Below are positions 61,652 through 64,000 of a stretch of DNA of 64,000 bases, piece by piece. The DNA lies in assembly GCA_044376615.1 (NCBI GenBank), contig JBILKO010000001.1, forward strand, positions 6,148 through 70,147, in the 5' to 3' direction. The notes below the pieces were generated by a model that saw only the letters and a program-made list of their open reading frames with translations, did no database searches and was not told where the DNA came from. Within the stretch, counting starts at the first letter, position 1. Each line of letters opens with the position of its first letter. Position numbers and translations under genes: made by a program. The stretch comes from Caulobacteraceae bacterium (GTDB lineage Bacteria > Pseudomonadota > Alphaproteobacteria > Caulobacterales > Caulobacteraceae).

Positions 61652-61837
61652 ATGACCCTTTTTGAAGATCTGGACGGGAATGCTCACCCGAATCCAAAAC
61701 TGATCTATATCGGGGATATGCTGGCCCAACTGGCGACCATGGCTGAGGGCGAGGGCCAGACCGAGCTTGCTATGGCGATCCGGCTCGCTGCTCTACAGGC
61801 CGAAACCGGCAGCCAGACCTCGCGGACCCCAAACTGA
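61652..61837 (+). CDS. Possible small acidic protein (61 aa)
   Basis: This is the only part of track ORF 61388..61837 that lies outside topA. It starts at ATG 61652 (MTLFEDLDGN...) and has helical, coding-like composition. No family was recognised. Confidence 0.3.
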   Translation: MTLFEDLDGNAHPNPKLIYIGDMLAQLATMAEGEGQTELAMAIRLAALQAETGSQTSRTPN

Positions 61838-61841
61838 GCCA

Positions 61842-62960
61842 TTAGGGCGATCCGACCACCACCATGCCGCCAGCGACAAAGCTGGCGCGGCCGGCCAAGA
61901 CCAGCTCGACCAAGGCGGCGTGAACAGCCGGCGCCGGTGCCCCGCAGGCGCGAACTAGGGAGTCTTTAGCAATCGGAGTTGGTGATAAGAGCTGAAACAA
62001 GGTTTCCCTCAAGGCTTCGACCGCGGCATCAAGGGCGTCTTGATCCAGGGGCGGCGGGTTAAAGCCCTCCCGCTCGCGTTCTCCGCTTTTGGGCAGGGCC
62101 TGGATAACACGCAGGACGTCCTCTGGGCCTTCGCACAAGGTGGCCCCTTGGCGAAGAAGGTCATTGCAACCCTTGGACCTTGGATCAAGCGGCGAACCAG
62201 GGACGGCAAACACTTCACGCCCCTGTTCAGCGGCCAGGCGTGCAGTGATCAGAGAGCCAGAGCGCATTTCCGCCTCAACCACGATTACGCCAAGGGATAG
62301 TCCCGATATGATCCGGTTTCGGCGCGGAAAGTCTCTGGCCTGGGCCTTACGACCAGGGGGGTGTTCGGCAACCAGGCAGCCTTGGGCCACAACCCGGTCA
62401 TAAAGCCCGCTGTTTTCGGGGGGATAGACATCGTCAATGCCGCCGCCCAGGACAGCGACCGTGCCACTGGCAAGGGCCCCTTCATGCGCGGCGCTATCTA
62501 TGCCTCTGGCCAGCCCCGAAACGATCACGAGACCCGCCTGACCCAGCGCCATTGCCAGTTCCCGAGCCATGCGTTGCCCTGCGGCTGAGGCAATGCGGGC
62601 CCCGACAATGGCGACGGAAGGCTTGTCCAAGAGTTCGGGATGGCCTCGGGTCCAGATCAGGGGCGGGGCGGCATCTAGGGCTCTTAGGCGCGCTGGGAAA
62701 AGCGGCTCGCAACTGCATAGGAGGGCCGCGCCCAATTCGGCACCGGCGGCCAATTCCGCCTCAATCTCGCGCGGTTCGGGGCTATGCAGGGGCATGAGCC
62801 GCCCGCCGCGGCGGCTAAGGCTGGGCAGGGCCTTGAGGGCCGCGGAGGCTGTGCCAAACCGCTCGATCAGGTGGGCGAACGTCACAGGCCCGACATTTTC
62901 GGTCCTGGACAGTCTCAACCAATCGCGGCGCTCCGCATCGGAAAGGACCCTTTGGTTCAT
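61842..62960 (-). CDS. dprA: DNA-processing protein DprA (Smf)
   Basis: 372 aa. Rossmann-like core 'VAIVGARIASAAG', 'IVSGLARGIDSAAHEGAL' and 'FPRRNRIISGLS'. Confidence 0.92.
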   Translation of the reverse strand: MNQRVLSDAERRDWLRLSRTENVGPVTFAHLIERFGTASAALKALPSLSRRGGRLMPLHSPEPREIEAELAAGAELGAALLCSCEPLFPARLRALDAAPPLIWTRGHPELLDKPSVAIVGARIASAAGQRMARELAMALGQAGLVIVSGLARGIDSAAHEGALASGTVAVLGGGIDDVYPPENSGLYDRVVAQGCLVAEHPPGRKAQARDFPRRNRIISGLSLGVIVVEAEMRSGSLITARLAAEQGREVFAVPGSPLDPRSKGCNDLLRQGATLCEGPEDVLRVIQALPKSGEREREGFNPPPLDQDALDAAVEALRETLFQLLSPTPIAKDSLVRACGAPAPAVHAALVELVLAGRASFVAGGMVVVGSP

Positions 62961-62977
62961 CCCATCTCCGCCAAGTG

Positions 62978-63595
62978 TTAGGGGGTTTTCTTGGCCCCGA
63001 TCCGAGGTTCTGTACCTGCCCGCAGCCGGGCAATATTTTCGCGGTGCCGAATGATCACCAGGACCGCCATAAATGCGGCCAGCACGGTAATGGCCGGCGG
63101 CTGGTCGGTGGCCAGGGCATAGGCAGGCGCCAGCACAACTGTGGTCAAGGCTGCCAGGGATGACAGGCGCATCAGGGCGGCCATGGCTAGCCAGGTCAAA
63201 GCCGCCATAGTTCCAACCGGCCAGGCCGCAGCAAACATGACGCCAAAAAAGGTCGCGACGCCCTTACCGCCCTTAAATTTTAGCCAGACGGGAAACAGGT
63301 GGCCTAAAAAGGCTGCACCGCCAGCAAGCGCCGCTGCCGTACCACCTAGAAAATGTCTGGCGAGCAAGACCGCCGCTATGCCCTTGCCGCCATCGCCGAG
63401 CAAGGTCAGCAGGGCCAGACCCTTTCGGCCCGTGCGCAAGACATTGGTCGCGCCAATATTGCCCGAGCCAACCTGGCGGATATCGCCTGCGCCGCCCAGC
63501 CGGGTCACGACCAGCCCAAATGGGATTGAGCCGAGCAAATAGCCGCAAGCCAGCACTGCAAGCGCCGTGGTGAGGGACAGATCCAAGACCATCAT
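62978..63595 (-). CDS. plsY: Glycerol-3-phosphate acyltransferase PlsY
   Basis: 205 aa. 'GSGNIGATNVLRTGRK' and 'KGGKGVAT' motifs. Confidence 0.93.
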   Translation of the reverse strand: MMVLDLSLTTALAVLACGYLLGSIPFGLVVTRLGGAGDIRQVGSGNIGATNVLRTGRKGLALLTLLGDGGKGIAAVLLARHFLGGTAAALAGGAAFLGHLFPVWLKFKGGKGVATFFGVMFAAAWPVGTMAALTWLAMAALMRLSSLAALTTVVLAPAYALATDQPPAITVLAAFMAVLVIIRHRENIARLRAGTEPRIGAKKTP

Positions 63596-63688
63596 GGGTT
63601 TACCCTATCTGATAATTTGTTCCCGCCTAGGTGGCGTATTTCAGTTTTATCGAAAATTTGGCGCATGGCTGCGCCGCTGGTTTGGCCT

Positions 63689-64000
63689 CTAGGGCTGGGT
63701 CTGGTGGACAATGCGGCCATCAACCAGGGTCATCAGGACCTGGCCCTGCAGGCGTCGACCATCATAGGGAGAATTCTTCGATTTTGAGATCAATTTATCG
63801 GCATCAATAATGATCGGTGCACCAAGATCGCAAAGCACCAGGTCTGCTGGTGCCCCCGCGGTCAGGCGGCCTGCCGTTAGACCTAATAGCTGCGCAGGGG
63901 CCAGGGTAACGGTTCGCATCAGGTCGAGCAGCGGCAAACGGCCATCGTGATAAAGGCTAAGCAAGGCGGGCAGCAGGGTCTCAAGACCGACCGCGCCGGG
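63689..64000 (-). CDS. pyrC: Dihydroorotase, C-terminal fragment (gene continues beyond window end)
   Basis: The C-terminal amidohydrolase segment 'APADLVL.DL......D........SKNSPYDGR.L.G.V..T.V.G' is typical of the aspartate-carbamoyltransferase-associated dihydroorotases. The pyrC-plsY-dprA order is common in alphaproteobacteria. Confidence 0.8.
   Translation of the reverse strand, partial: PGAVGLETLLPALLSLYHDGRLPLLDLMRTVTLAPAQLLGLTAGRLTAGAPADLVLCDLGAPIIIDADKLISKSKNSPYDGRRLQGQVLMTLVDGRIVHQTQP

Overview
This is a GC-rich, gene-dense chromosomal window that looks alphaproteobacterial. A perfect CtrA-type TTAA-N7-TTAAC box, a GTTC-N7-GTTC SOS box and a TipN-like protein point towards Caulobacterales, but that placement is inference only. 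The content is almost entirely core housekeeping, listed here in window order.

- **1-9.8 kb:** thyA-folA, ispB, an MraY/WecA-type transferase, an aspartate aminotransferase, leuA.
- **9.9-15.6 kb:** the complete rod-shape operon mreB-mreC-mreD-mrdA-rodA.
- **15.6-22.8 kb:** pip, several hydrolases, a three-gene kinase cluster, an MFS transporter, a dipeptide epimerase.
- **22.8-26.0 kb:** a TipN-like coiled-coil membrane protein preceded by an orphan small ParA-type ATPase.
- **26.2-34.6 kb:** modBC without modA, a quinohaemoprotein PQQ alcohol dehydrogenase, a TonB-dependent receptor, an AstE/AspA-family enzyme, a thiolase.
- **34.7-46.0 kb:** MAPEG, GNAT and DUF817 proteins, an S9 peptidase, carA, a HAD hydrolase, an OMP, dnaG-rpoD.
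- **46.1-54.5 kb:** a GMC oxidoreductase neighbourhood, trmFO, two tandem paralogous membrane proteins, a GST.
- **54.7-64.0 kb:** uvrA, then a minus-strand block pyrC-plsY-dprA / topA-tag-rnhB.

I found no rRNA, tRNA, CRISPR array, integrase, transposase, restriction-modification, toxin-antitoxin or recognisable defence genes, so I cannot point to a clear novel system.

The most unusual items are:
1. The AT-richer orphan ParA-like gene, with repeat-bearing leader DNA, sitting in front of the TipN-like gene. The TipN-like gene is in turn stop/start-coupled to a murein-peptide epimerase.
2. A tightly coupled unknown / APH-family kinase / small-protein trio reminiscent of LvaA-LvaB-type kinase pairs.
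3. A DnaG whose CHC2 zinc ligands are mostly substituted.
4. A TonB-dependent receptor with no signal peptide.
5. Two REP/MITE-like inverted-repeat elements.

All family assignments come from motif recognition in the supplied translations. No database searches or numerical composition analyses were run.
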